Assembly: GCA_964016885.1 (NCBI GenBank) | Contig: OZ024741.1 | Coordinates: 219,418,001-219,482,000, forward strand | Source of the DNA: Eledone cirrhosa | Taxonomy: Eukaryota | Direction of reading: 5' to 3' | Length of the DNA: 64,000 nt | Shown: positions 1 to 15,000 of the stretch, one piece after another | How positions within the stretch are numbered: position 1 is the first letter of the stretch | Layout: the number at the start of each line of letters is the position of its first letter | The notes under the pieces: model-generated | The model's database searches: none | Seen by the model: the letters and a program-made list of their open reading frames with translations, nothing else | Told to the model about the DNA's origin: nothing | Translations under genes and position numbers: made by a program

Positions 1-3000
1 CCATCTGTGGTGGTGGTCACTATATATAATGTTCTATATTTCCACCTCCCCCTCCATCTGTGGTGGTGGTCACTATATATAATGTTCTATATTTCTACCT
101 CCCCTCCATCTGTGGTGGTGGTCACTATATATAATGTTCTATATTTCTACCTCCCCCCTCCATCTGTGCTGGTGGTCACTATATATAATGTTCTATATTT
201 CTACCTCCCCCTCCATCTGTGGTGGTGTTCACTATATATAATGTTCTATATTTCTACCTACCCCCTCCATCTGTGGTGGTGGTCACTATGTATAATGTTC
301 TATATTTCTACCTCCCCCTCCATCTGTGGTGGTGGTCACTATATATGATGTTCTATATTTCTACCTCCCCCCTCCATCTGTGGTGGTGGTCACTATATAT
401 AATGTTCTATATTTCTACCTCCCTCCCCCCATATGTGGTGGTGGTCACTATATATAATGTTCTATATTTCTACCTCCCCCTCCATCTGTGGTAGTGGTCA
501 ATATATATAAGGTTCTATATTTCTACCCCCCCCCTCCATCTGTGGTGGTGGTCACTATATATAATGTTCTATATTTCTACCTCCCCCCCATATGTGGTGG
601 TAGTCACTATATATAATGTTCTATATTTCTACCTCTCCCTCCATATGTGGTGGTGGTCACTATATATAATGTTCTATATTTCTACCTACCCCTCCATCTG
701 TGATGGTGGTCACTATATATAATGTTCTATATTTCTGCCTCCCCCTCCATCTGTAGTAGTGGCCACTATATATAATGTTCTATATTTCTACCTCCCCCTC
801 CATCTGTGGTGGTGGTCACTATATATAACGTTCTATATTTCTACCTCCCCCCTCCATCGGTGGTGGTGGTCACTATATATAATGTTCTATAGTTCTACCC
901 CCCCCCCCTCCATATGTGGTGGTGGTCACTATATATAATTTTCTATATTTCTACCTCCCCGCTCCATCTGTGGTGGTGGTCACTATATATAATGCTCAGT
1001 ATTTCTACCTCCCCCTCCATATGTGCTGGTGGTCACTATATATAATGTTCTATATTTCTACCTCCCCTCCTCCATCTGTGGTGGTGGTCCCTATATATAA
1101 TGTTCTATATTTCTACCTCCCCCTCCATATGTGGTGGTGGTCACTATATATAATGTTCTATATTTCTACCTCCCCCTCCATCTGTGGTGGTGGTCACTAT
1201 ATATAATGTTCTATATTCCTACCTCCCTCTCCATCTGTGGTGGTGGTCACTATATATAATGTTCTACCTCCCCCTTCCATCTGTGCTGGTGGTCACTATA
1301 TATAATGTTCTACCTCCCCCCTCCATCTGTGGTGGTGGTCACTATATATAATGTTCTATATTCCTACCTCCCCCTCCATCTGTGGTGGTGGTCACTATAT
1401 ATAATGTTCTACCTCCCCCCTCCATCTGTGCTGGTGGTCACTATATATAATGTTCTACCTCCCCCCTTCATCTGTGTGGTGGTCACCATATATAATGTTC
1501 TATATTTCTACCTCCCCCTCCATCTGTTCTGGTGGTCACTATATTTAATGTTCTATATTTCTACCTCCCCTCCATCTGTGGTGGTGGTCACTATATATGA
1601 TGTTCTATATTTCTACCTCCCCATCCATCTGTGGTGGTGGTCACTATATATAATGTTCTATATTTCTACCTCCGCCTCCATCTGTGGTGGTGGTCAATAT
1701 ATATAATGTTCTATATTTCTACCTCCCCATCCATCTGTGGTGGTGGTCACTATATATAATGTTCTATATTTCTACCTCCCCCTCCATCTGTGGTGGTGGT
1801 CAATATATATAATGTTCTATATTTCTACCTCCCCCTCCATCTGTGGTGGTGGTCACTATATATAATGTTCTATATTTCTACCTCCCCCTCCATCTGTGGT
1901 GGTGGTCACTATATATAATGTTCTATATTTCTACCTCCCCCTCCATCTGTGGTGGTGGTCACTATATATAATGTTCTATATTTCTACCTCCCCCTCCATA
2001 TGTGGTGTGTGGTCACTATATATAATGTTCTATATTTCTACCTCCCCCTACATCTGTGGTGGTGGTCACTATATATAATGTTCTATATTTCTACTTCCCC
2101 CTCCATCTGTGGTGGTGGTCACTATATATAATTTTCTATATTTCTACCTCCACCCTCCATCTGTGGTGGTGGTCACTATATATAATGTTCTATATTTCTA
2201 CCTCCCCCCTCCATCTGTGGTGGTGGTCACTATATATAATGTTCTATATTTCTACTTCCCCCTCCATCTGTGGTGGTGGTCACTATATATAATCTTCTAT
2301 ATTTATACCTCCCCCCTCCATCTGTTCTGGTGGTCACTATATATAATCTTCTATATTTCTACCTCCCCCCTCCATATGTGCTGGTGGTCACTGTATATAA
2401 TGTTCTATATTTCTACCTCCCCCCTCCATCTGTTCTGGTGGTCACTATATATAATGTTCTATATTTCTACCTCCCCCTCCATATGTGGTGTGTGGTCACT
2501 ATATATAATGTTCCATATTTCTACCTCCCCCCTCCATCTGTGGTGGTGTTCACTATATATAATGTTCTATATTTCTACCTCCCCCTCCATATGTGGTCTG
2601 TGGTCACTATATATAATGTTCTATATTTCTACCTCCCCCCTACATCTGTGGTGGTGGTCACTATATATAATGTTCTATATTTCTACTTCCCCCTCCATCT
2701 GTGGTGGTGGTCACTATATATAATTTTCTATATTTCTACCTCCCCCCTCCATCTGTGGTGGTGGTCCCTATATATAATGTTCTATATTTCTACCTCCCCT
2801 CCTCCATCTGTGGTGGTGGTCCCTATATATAATGTTCTATATTTCTACCTCACCCTCCATCTGTGGTGGTGGTCACTATATATAATGTTCTATATTTCTA
2901 CCTCCCCCTCCATTTGTGCTGGTGGTCACTATATATAATGTTCTATATTTCTACTTCCCCCTCCATCTGTGGTGGTGGTCACTATATATAATTTTCTATA

Positions 3001-6000
3001 TTTCTACCTCCCCCCTCCATCTGTGGTGGTGGTCCCTATATATAATGTTCTATATTTCCACCTCCCCTCCTCCATCTGTGGTGGTGGTCCCTATATATAA
3101 TGTTCTATATTTCTACCTCCCCCCTCCATATGTGCTGGTGGTCACTGTATATAATGTTCTATATTTCTACCTCCCCCCTCCATCTGTTCTGGTGGTCACT
3201 ATATATAATGTTCTATATTTCTACCTCCCCCTCCATATGTGGTGTGTGGTCACTATATATAATGTTCCATATTTCTACCTCCCCCCTCCATCTGTGGTGG
3301 TGTTCACTATATATAATGTTCTATATTTCTACCTCCCCCTCCATATGTGGTCTGTGGTCACTATATATAATGTTCTATATTTCTACCTCCCCCCTACATC
3401 TGTGGTGGTAGTCACTATATATAATGTTCTATATTTCTACTTCCCCCTCCATCTGTAGTGGTGGTCACTATATATAATTTTCTATATTTCTACCTCCCCC
3501 CTCCATATGTGGTGGTGGTCACTATATATAATGTTCTATATTTCTACCTCCCCCTCCATATGTGCTGGTGGTCACTATATATAATGTTCTATATTTCTAC
3601 CTCCCCCTCCATATGTGGTGGTGGTCACTATATATAATGTTCTATATTTCTACCTCCCCCTCCATATGTGGTGGTGGTCACTATATATAATGTTCTATAT
3701 TCCTACCTCTCCCTCCATCTGTGGTGGTGGTCACTATATATAATGTTCTACCTCCCCCTTCCATCTTTGCTGGTGGTCACTATATATAATGTTCTACCTC
3801 CCCCCTCCATCTGTGGTGGTGGTCACTATATATAATGTTCTATATTCCTACCTCCCCCTCCATCTGTGGTGGTGGTCACTATATATAATGTTCTACCTCC
3901 CCCCTCCATCTGTGCTGGTGGTCACTATATATAATGTTCTACCTCCCCCCTTCATCTGTGTGGTGGTCACTATATTTAATGTTCCATATTTCTACCTCCC
4001 CCTCCATCTGTGTTGGTGGTCACTATATATAATGTTCTATATCTCTACCTCCCCCTCCATCTGTGGTGGTGGTCACTATATATAATGATCTATATTTCTA
4101 CCTCCCCCTCCATCTGTGGTGGTGGTCACTATATATAATGTTCTATATTTCCACCTCCCCCTCCATCTGTGGTGGTGGTCACTATATATAATGTTCTATA
4201 TTTCTACCTCCCCATCCATCTGTGGTGGTGGTCACTATATATAATTTTCTATATTTCTACCTCCCGCTCCATCTGTGGTGGTGGTCACTATATATAATGC
4301 TCAGTATTTCTACCTCCCCCTCCATATGTGCTGGTGGTCACTATATATAATGTTCTATATTTCTACCACCCCCCTCCATATGTGGTGGTGGTCACTATAT
4401 ATAATGTTCTATATTTCTACCTCCCCTCCTCCATCTGTGGTGGTGGTCCCTATATATAATGTTCTATATTTCTACCTCCCCCTCCATATGTGGTGGTGGT
4501 CACTATATATAATGTTCTATATTTCTACCTCCCCTTCCATCTGTGGTGGTGGTCACTATATATAATGTTCTATATTCCTACCTCCCCCTCCATCTGTGGT
4601 GGTGGTCACTATATATAATGTTCTACCTCCCCCTTCCATCTGTGCTGGTGGTCACTATATATAATGTTCTACATCCCCCCTCCATCTGTGGTGGTGGTCA
4701 CTATATATAATGTTCTATATTCCTACCTCCCCCTCCATCTGTGGTGGTGGTCACTATATATAATGTTCTACCTCCCCCCTCCATCTGTGCTGGTGGTCAC
4801 TATATATAATGTTCTACCTCCCCCCTTCATCTGTGTGGTGGTCACTATATATAATGTTCTATATTTCTACCTCCCCCTCCATCTGTGGTGGTGGTCACTA
4901 TATATAATGTTCTATATTTCTACCTCCCCCCTCCATCTGTGGTGGTGGTCACTATATATAATGTTCTATATTTCTACCTCCCCCTCCATCTGTGGTGGTA
5001 GTCACTATATATAATGATCTATATTTCTACCTCCCCCTCCATCTGTGGTGGTGGTCACTATATATAATGTTCTATATTTCCACCTCCCCCTCCATCTGTG
5101 GTGGTGGTCACTATATATAATGTTCTATATTTCTACCTCCCCTCCATCTGTGGTGGTGGTCACTATATATAATGTTCTATATTTCTACCTCCCACCTCCA
5201 TCTGTGCTGGTGGTCACTATATATAATGTTCTATATTTCTACCTCCCCCTCCATCTGTGGTGGTGGTCACTATATATAATGTTCTATATTTCTACCTCCC
5301 CCTCCATCTGTGGTGGTGGTCACTATATATGATGTTCTATATTTCTACCTCCCCCCTCCATCTGTGGTGGTGGTCACTATATATAATGTTCTATATTTCT
5401 ACCTCCCTCCCCCCATATGTGGTGGTGGTCACTATATATAATGTTCTATATTTCTACCTCCCCCTCCATCTGTGGTAGTGGTCAATATATATAAGGTTCT
5501 ATATTTCTACCCCCCCCCCCCTCCATCTGTGGTGGTGGTCACTATATATAATGTTCTATATTTCTACCTCCCCCCCATATGTGGTGGTAGTCACTATATA
5601 TAATGTTCTATATTTCTACCTCCCCCTCCATCTGTGATGGTGGTCACTATATATAATGTTCTATATTTCTGCCTCCCCCTCCATCTGTAGTAGTGGCCAC
5701 TATATATAATGTTCTATATTTCTACCTCCCCCTCCATCTGTGGTGGTGGTCACTATATATAACGTTCTATATTTCTACCTCCCCCCTCCATCGGTGGTGG
5801 TGGTCACTATATATAATGTTCTATAGTTCTACCCCCCCCCCCCCCCCTCCATATGTGGTGGTGGTCACTATATATAATTTTCTATATTTCTACCTCCCCG
5901 CTCCATCTGTGGTGGTGGTCACTATATATAATGCTCAGTATTTCTACCTCCCCCTCCATATGTGGTGGTGGTCCCTATATATAATGTTCTATATTTCTAC

Positions 6001-9000
6001 CTCCCCCTCCATATGTGGTGGTGGTCACTATATATAATGTTCTATATTTCTACCTCCCCCTCCATCTGTGGTGGTGGTCACTATATATAATGTTCTATAT
6101 TCCTACCTCCCTCTCCATCTGTGGTGGTGGTCACTATATATAATGTTCTACCTCCCCCTTCCATCTGTGCTGGTGGTCACTATATATAATGTTCTACCTC
6201 CCCCCTCCATCTGTGGTGGTGGTCACTATATATAATGTTCTATATTCCTACCTCCCCCTCCATCTGTGGTGGTGGTCACTATATATAATGTTCTACCTCC
6301 CCCCTCCATCTGTGCTGGTGGTCACTATATATAATGTTCTACCTCCCCCCTTCATCTGTGTGGTGGTCACTATATATAATGTTCTATATTTCTACCTCCC
6401 CCTCCATCTGTGGTGGTGGTCACTATATATAATGTTCTATATTTCTACCTCCCCCCTCCATCTGTGGTGGTGGTCACTATATATAATGTTCTATATTTCT
6501 ACCTCCCCCTCCATCTGTGGTGGTGGTCACTATATATAATGATCTATATTTCTACCTCCCCCTCCATCTGTGGTGGTGGTCACTATATATAATGTTCTAT
6601 ATTTCTACCTCCCCCTCCATCTGTGGTGGTGGTCACTATATATAATGTTCTATATTTCTACCTCCCCTCCATCTGTGGTGGTGGTCACTATATATAATGT
6701 TCTGTATTTCTACCTCCCCCCTCCATCTGTGCTGGTGGTCACTATATATAATGTTCTATATTTCTACCTCCCCCTCCATCTGTGGTGGTGTTCACTATAT
6801 ATAATGTTCTATATTTCTACCTCCCCCCTCCATCTGTGGTGGTGGTCACTATATATAATGTTCTATATTTCTACCTCCCCCTCCATCTGTGGTGGTGGTC
6901 ACTATATATGATGTTCTATATTTCTACCTCCCCCCTCCATCTGTGGTGGTGGTCACTATATATAATGTTCTATATTTCTACCTCCCTCCCCCCATATGTG
7001 GTGGTGGTCACTATATATAATGTTCTATATTTCTACCTCCCCCTCCATCTGTGGTAGTGGTCAATATATATAATATTCTATATTTCTACCCCCCCTCCAT
7101 CTGTGGTGGTGGCCACTATATATAATGTTCTATATTTCTACCTGCCCCTCCATCTGTGGTGGTGGTCACTATATATAACGTTCTATATTTCTACCTCCCC
7201 CCTCCATCTGTGGTGGTGGTCACTATATATAATGTTCTATAGTTCTACCCCCCCCCCCTCCATCTGTGGTGGTGGTCACTATATATAATTTTCTATATTT
7301 CTACCTCCCCGCTCCATCTGTGGTGGTGGTCACTATATATAATGCTCAGTATTTCTACCTCCCCCTCCATATGTGCTGGTGGTCACTATATATAATGTTC
7401 TATATTTCTACCTCCCCTCCTCCATCTGTGGTGGTGGTCCCTATATATAATGTTCTATATTTCTACCTCCCGCTCCATATGTGGTGGTGGTCACTATATA
7501 TAATGTTCTATATTTCTACCTCCCCCTCCATCTGTGGTGGTGGTAACTATGTATAATGTTCTATATTTCTACCTCCCACTCCATCTGTGCAGGTGGTCAC
7601 TATATATAATGTTCTATATTTCTACCTCCCCCGCCATATGTGGTGGTGGTCACTATATATAATGTTCTATATTTCTACCTCCCCCTCCATATGTGGTGGT
7701 GTTCACTATATATAATGTTCTATATTTCTACCTCCCCCTCCATATGTGGTGGTGTTCACTATATATAATGTTCTATATTCCTACCTCCCCCTCCATCTGT
7801 GGTGGTATTCACTATATATAATGTTCTATAATCCTACCTCCCCCTCCATCTGTGGTGGTGGTCACTATATATAATGTTCTACCTCCCCCTTCCATCTGTG
7901 CTGGTGGTCACTATATATAATGTTCTATATTCCTACCTCCCCCTCCATCTGTGGTGGTGGTCATAATATATAATGTTCTACCTCCCCCCTTCATCTGTGT
8001 GGTGGTCACTATATATAATGTTCTATATTTCTACCTCCCCCTCCATCTGTGCTGGTGGTCACTATATATAATGTTCTACCTCCCCCCTTCATCTGTGTGG
8101 TGGTCACTATATATAATGTTCGATATTCCTACCTCCCCCTCCATCTGTGCTGGTGGTCACTATATATAATGTTCTATATTTCCACCTCCCCCTCCATCTG
8201 TGGTGGTGGTCACTATATATAATGTTCTATATTTCTACCTCCCCCTCCATCTGTGCTGGTGGTCACTATATATAATGTTCTATATTTCTACCTACCCCCT
8301 CCATCTGTGGTGGTGGTCACTATATATAATATTCTATATTTCTACCTCCCACTCCATCTGTGGTGGTGGTCACTATATATAATGTTCTATATTTCTACCT
8401 CCCCCCTCCATCTGTCCTGGTGGTCACTATATATAATGTTCTATATTTCTACCTCCCCCTCCATCTGTGCTGGTGGCCACTATATATAATGTTCTATATT
8501 TCTACCTACCCCTCCATCTGTGGTGGTGGTCACTATATATAATGTTCTATATTTCTACCTCCCCCCTCCATCTGTCCTGGTGGTCACTATATATAATGTT
8601 CTATATTTCTACCTCCCCCTCCATATGTGGTGGTGGTCACTATATATAATGTTCTATATTTCTACCTCCCCCCTCCATCTGTGCTGGTGGTCACTATATA
8701 TAATGTTCTATATCTCTACCTCCCCCTCCATCTGTGGTGGTGGTCAATATATATAATGTTCTATATTTCTACCTCCCCCCTTCATCTGTGGTGGTAGTCA
8801 CTATATATAATGTTCTATATTTCTACCTCCCCCTCCATCTGTGGTGGTGGTCAATATATATAATGTTCTATATTTCTACCTCCCCCCTCCATATGTGGTG
8901 GTGGTCACTATTTATATTGTTCTATATTTCTACCTCCCCCTCCATCTGTGGTGGTGGTCACTATATATAATGTTCTATATTTCTACCTCCCCCTCCATCT

Positions 9001-12000
9001 GTGGTGGTGGTCACTATATATAATGTTCTATATTTCTACCTCCCCCCTTCATCTGTGGTGGTAGTCACTATATATAATGTTCTATATTTCTACCTCCCCC
9101 CTTCATCTGTGGTGGTAGTCACTATATATAATGTTCTATATTTCTACCTCCTCCTCCATCTGTGGTGGTGGTCACTATATATAATGTTCTATATTTCTAC
9201 CTCCCCCCTTCATCTGTGGTGGTAGTCACTATATATAATGTTCTATATTTCTACCTCCTCCTCCATCTGTGGTGGTGGTCACTATATATAATGTTCTATA
9301 TTTCTACCTCCCCCTCCATCTGTGGTGGTGGTCACTATATATAATGTTCTATATTTCTACCTCCCCCTCCATCTGTGGTGGTGGTCACTATATATAATGT
9401 TCTATATTTCTACCTCCCCCTCCATCTGTGGTGGTGGTCACTATATATAATGTTCTATATTTCTACCTCCCCCCTTCATCTGTGGTGGTAGTCACTATAT
9501 ATAATGTTCTATATTTCTACCTCCCCCACCATCTGTGGTGGTGGTCACTATATATAATGTTCTATATTTCTACCTCCCCCCTCCATCTGTGGTGGTGGTC
9601 ACTATATATAATGTTCTATATTTCTACCTCCCCCTCCATATGTGGTGGTGGTCACTATATATAATGTTCTATATTTCTACCTCCCCCTCCATCTGTGGTG
9701 GTGGTCACTATATATAATGTTCTATATTTCTACCTCCCCCCTTCATCTGTGGTGGTAGTCACTATATATAATGTTCTATAATTCTACCTCCCCCACCATC
9801 TGTGGTGGTGGTCACTATATATAATGTTCTATATTTCTACCTCCCCCCTCCATCTGTGGTGGTGGTCACTATATATAATGTTCTATATTTCTACCTCCCC
9901 CTCCATATGTGGTGGTGGTCACTATATATAATGTTCTATATTTCTACCTCCCCCTCCATCTGTGGTGGTGGTCACTATATATAATGTTCTATATTTCTAC
10001 CTCCCCCCTTCATCTGTGGTGGTAGTCACTATATATAATGTTCTATATTTCTACCTCCCCCACCATCTGTGGTGGTGGTCACTATATATAATGTTCTATA
10101 TTTCTACCTCCTCCCTCCATCTGTGGTGGTGGTCACTATATATAATGTTCTATATTTCTACCTCCCCCCTCCATATGTGGTGGTGGTCACTATATATAAT
10201 GTTCTATATTTCTACCTCCCCCTCCATCTGTGGTGGTGGTAACTATATATAATGTTCTATATTTCTACCTCCCCCACCATCTGTGGTGGTGGTCACTATA
10301 TATAATGTTCTATATTTCTACCTCCCCCTCCATCTGTGGTGGTGGTCACTATATATAATGTTCTATATTTCTACCTCCCCCTCCATCTGTGGTGGTGGTC
10401 ACTATATATAATGTTCTATATTTCTACCTGCCCCCTTCATCTGTGGTGGTGGTCACTATATATAATGTTCTATATTTCTACCTCCCCCACCATCTGTGGT
10501 GGTGGTCACTATATATAATGTTCTATATTTCTACCTCCCCCCTCCATCTGTGGTGGTGGTCACTATATATAATGTTCTATATATCTACCTCCCCCTCCAT
10601 ATGTGGTGGCGTTCACTATATATAATGTTCTATATTTCTACCTCCCCCTCCATCTGTGGTGGTGGTCACTATATATAATGTTCTATATTTCTACCTCCCC
10701 CCTTTATCTGTGTGGTGGTCACTATATATAATTGTTTCTACTTTTGGCACAAGGCCAGCAATTACCCAGTGCATTACTGGTACTTTATTTTATCGACCCC
10801 GTAAGGATGAAAGGCAAAGTCAACCTCGGCGGGATTTGAACTCAGATCGTAAAGGGACGTAACTATGCTGGAAAGCATGGCGTCCGACCCTCTACCGATA
10901 CTGCCAATCCACCGCCCTGGGGGTCACTATATATAATGTTCTATAATTCTACCCCCCCCCTCCATATGTGGTGGTGGTCACTATATATAATGTTCTATAT
11001 TTCTACCTTCCCCCTCCATCTGTGGTGGTGGTCACTATATATAAAGTTCTATATTTCTACCTCCCCCTCCATATGTGGTGGTGTTCACTATATATAAAGT
11101 TCTATATTTCTACCTCCCCCTCCATCTGGTAGTGGTCACTATATATAATGTTCTATATTTCTACCTCCCCTCCATCTGTGGTGGTGGTCACTATATATAA
11201 TGTTCTATATTTCAACCTCCCCCTCCATATGTGGTGGTGGTCCCTATATATAATGTTCTATATTTCTACCTGCCCCTCCATCTGTTCTGGTGGTCACTAT
11301 ATATAATGTTCTATATTTCTACCTCCCCCTCCATCTGTGGTGGTGGTCACTATATATAATGTTCTATATTTCTACCTCCCCCTCCATATGTGGTGGTGGT
11401 TACTATATATAATGTTCTATATTTCTACCTCCCCTCCATATGTGGTTGTGGTCACTATATATAATGTTCTATATTTCTACCTCCCCTCCATCTGTGGTGG
11501 TGGTCACTATATATAATGTTCTATAGTTCTACCCCCCCCCCTCCATCTGTTCTGGTGGTCACTATATATAATGTTCTATATTTCTATCTCCCCTCCATAT
11601 GTGGTGGTTGTCACTATATATAATTTTCTATATTTCTACCTCCCCCCTCCATCTGTGGTGGTGGTCACTATATATAATGCTCAGTATTTCTACCTCCCCC
11701 TCCATATGTGCTGGTGGTCACTATATATAATGTTCTATATTTCTACCTCCCCTCCTCCATCTGTGGTGGTGGCCCCTATATATAATGTTCTATATTTCTA
11801 CCTCCCCCTCCATATGTGGTGTGTGGTCACTATATATAATGTTCTATATTTCTACCTCCCCTTCCATCTGTGGTGGTGGTCCCTATATATAATGTTCTAT
11901 ATTTCTACCTCCCCTCCTCCATCTGTGGTGGTGGTCCCTATATATAATGTTCTATATTTCTACCTCCCCTCCTCCATCTGTGGTGGTGGTCCCTATATAT

Positions 12001-15000
12001 AATGTTCTATATTTCTACCTCACCCTCCATCTGTGGTGGTGGTCACTATATATAATGTTCTATATTTCTACCTCCCCCCTCCATCTGTTCTGGTGGTCAC
12101 TATATTTAATGTTCTATATTTCTACCTCCCCCTCCATATGTGGTGGTGGTCACTATATATAATGTTCCATATTTCTACCTCCCCCTCCATCTGTGGTGGT
12201 GGTCACTATATATAATGTTCTATATTTCTACCTCCCCCTCCATATGTGGTGTGTGGTCACTATATATAATGTTCTATATTTCTACCTCCCCCCTACATCT
12301 GTGGTGGTGGTCACTATATATAATGTTCTATATTTCTACTTCCCCCTCCATCTGTGGTGGTGGTCACTATATATAATTTTCTATATTTCTATCTCCCCCC
12401 TCCATCTGTGGTGGTGGTCACTATATATAATGTTCTATATTTCTACCTCCCCCCTCCATCTGTGGTGGTGGTCACTATATATAATGTTCTATATTTCTAC
12501 CTCCCCCTCCATATGTGGTTGTGGTGACTATATATAATGTTCTATATTCCTACCTCCCCCTCCATCTGTGGTCACTATATATAATGTTCTACCTCCCCCT
12601 TCCATCTGTGGTGGTGGTCACTATATATAATGTTCTATAGTTCTACCCCCCCTCCATATGTAGTGGTGGTCACTATATATAATGTTCTATATTTCTACCT
12701 CCCCCTCCATATGTGGTGGTGGTCACTATATATAATGTTCTATATTTCTACCTCCCCCTCCATATGTGCTGGTGGTCCCTATATATAATGTTCTATATTT
12801 CTACCTCCCCCTCCATATGTGGTGGTGGTCACTATATATAATGTTCTATATTTCTACCTCCCCCTCCATATGTGCTGGTGGTCACTATATATAATGTTCT
12901 ATATTTCTACCTCCCCCTCCATATGTGGTGGTGGTCACTATATATAATGTTCTATATTTCTACCTCCCCCTCCATCTGTGCTGGTGGTCACTATATATAA
13001 TGTTCTATATTTCTACCTCCCCCTCCATATGTGCTGGTGGTCACTATATATAATGTTCTATATTTCTACCTCCCCCTCCATATGTGGTGGTGGTCACTAT
13101 ATATAATGTTCTATATTCCTACCTCCCCCTCCATCTGTGGTCACTATATATAATGTTCTACCTCCCCCTCCATCTGTGGTCACTATATATAATGTTCTAC
13201 CTCCCCCTTCCATCTGTGGTGGTGGTCACTATATATAATGTTCTACCTCCCCCCTCCATCTGTGGTGGTGGTCACTATATATAATGTTCTATATTCCTAC
13301 CTCCCCCTCCATCTGTGGTGGTGGTCACTATATATAATGTTCTACCTCCCCCTCCATCTGTTCTGGTGGTCACTATATATAATGTTCTATATTTCTACCT
13401 CCTCCTCCATCTGTGGTAGTGGTCAATATATATAATGTTCTATATTTCTACCTCCCCCTCCATCTGTGGTGGTGGTCACTATATATAATGTTCTATATTT
13501 CTACCTCCCCCTCCATCTGTGGTGGTGGTCAATATATATAATGTTCTATATTTCTACCTCCCCCTCCATCTGTGGTGGTGGTCACTATATATAATGTTCT
13601 TTATTTCAACCTCCCCCTCCATCTGTGGTGGTGGTCACTATATATAATGTTCTATATTTCTACCTCCCCCTCCATCTGTGGTGGTGGTCACTATATATAA
13701 TGTTCTATATTTCTACCTCCCCTCTTCATCTGTGGTGGTGGTCACTATATATAATGTTCTATATTTCTACCTCCCCCACCATCTGTGGTGGTGGTCACTA
13801 TATATAATGTTCTATATTTCTACCTCCCCCCTCCATCTGTGGTGGTGGTCACTATATATAATGTTCTATATTTCTACCTCCCCCTCCATCTGTGGTGGTG
13901 GTAACTATATATAATGTTCTATATTTCTACCTCCCCCACCATCTGTGGTGGTGGTCACTATATATAATGTTCTATATTTCTACCTCCCCCTCCATCTGTG
14001 GTGGTGGTCACTATATATAATGTTCTATATTTCTACCTCCCCCTCCATCTGTGGTGGTGGTCACTATATATAATGTTCTATATTTCTACCTCCCCCCTTC
14101 ATCTGTGGTGGTGGTCACTATATATAATGTTCTATATTTCTACCTCCCCCACCATCTGTGGTGGTGGTCACTATATATAATGTTCTATATTTCTACCTCC
14201 CCCCTCCATCTGTGGTGGTGGTCACTATATATAATGTTCTATATTTCTACCTCCCCCTCCATATGTGGTGGCGTTCACTATATATAATGTTCTATATTTC
14301 TACCCCCCCCTCCATATGTGGTGGTGGTCACTATATATAATGTTCTATATTTCTACCTTCCCCCTCTATCTGTGGTGGTGGTCACTATATATGATGTTCT
14401 ATATTTCTACCTCCTCCTCCATCTGTGGTGGTGGTCACTATATATAATGTTCTATATTTCTACCTTCCCCCTCCATCTGTGGTGGTGGTCACTATATATA
14501 AAGTTCTATATTTCTACCTCCCCCTCCATATGTGGTGGTGTTCACTATATATAAAGTTCTATATTTCTACCTCCCCCTCCATCTGGTAGTGGTCACTATA
14601 TATAGTGTTCTATATTTCTACCTCCCCTCCATCTGTGGTGGTGGTCACTATATATAATGTTCTATATTTCTACCTCCCCCTCCATATGTGGTGGTGGTCC
14701 CTATATATAATGTTCTATATTTCTACCTGCCCCTCCATCTGTTCTGGTGGTCACTATATATAATGTTCTATATTTCTACCTCCCCCTCCATATGTGGTGG
14801 TGGTCAATATATATAATGTTCTATATTTCTACCTCCCCCTCCTACTGTGGTGGTGGTCACTATATATAATGTTCTATATTTCTACCTCCCCCTCCATCTG
14901 TTCTGGTGGTCACTATATATAATGTTCTATATATCTACCTCCCCCTCCATATGTGGTGGTGGTCACTATATATAATGTTCTATATTTCTACCTCCCCTCC

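Noticed and set aside
160-180. Chi (GCTGGTGG) or PRDM9-like motifs in the monomer
   Set aside because: Chi arises as a single-base variant of GGTGGTGG and is a bacterial signal. The PRDM9-like match is imperfect and species-specific.
10732-10917. tRNA genes
   Set aside because: A/B boxes belong to SINE heads followed by SINE body and tail; no complete cloverleaf.
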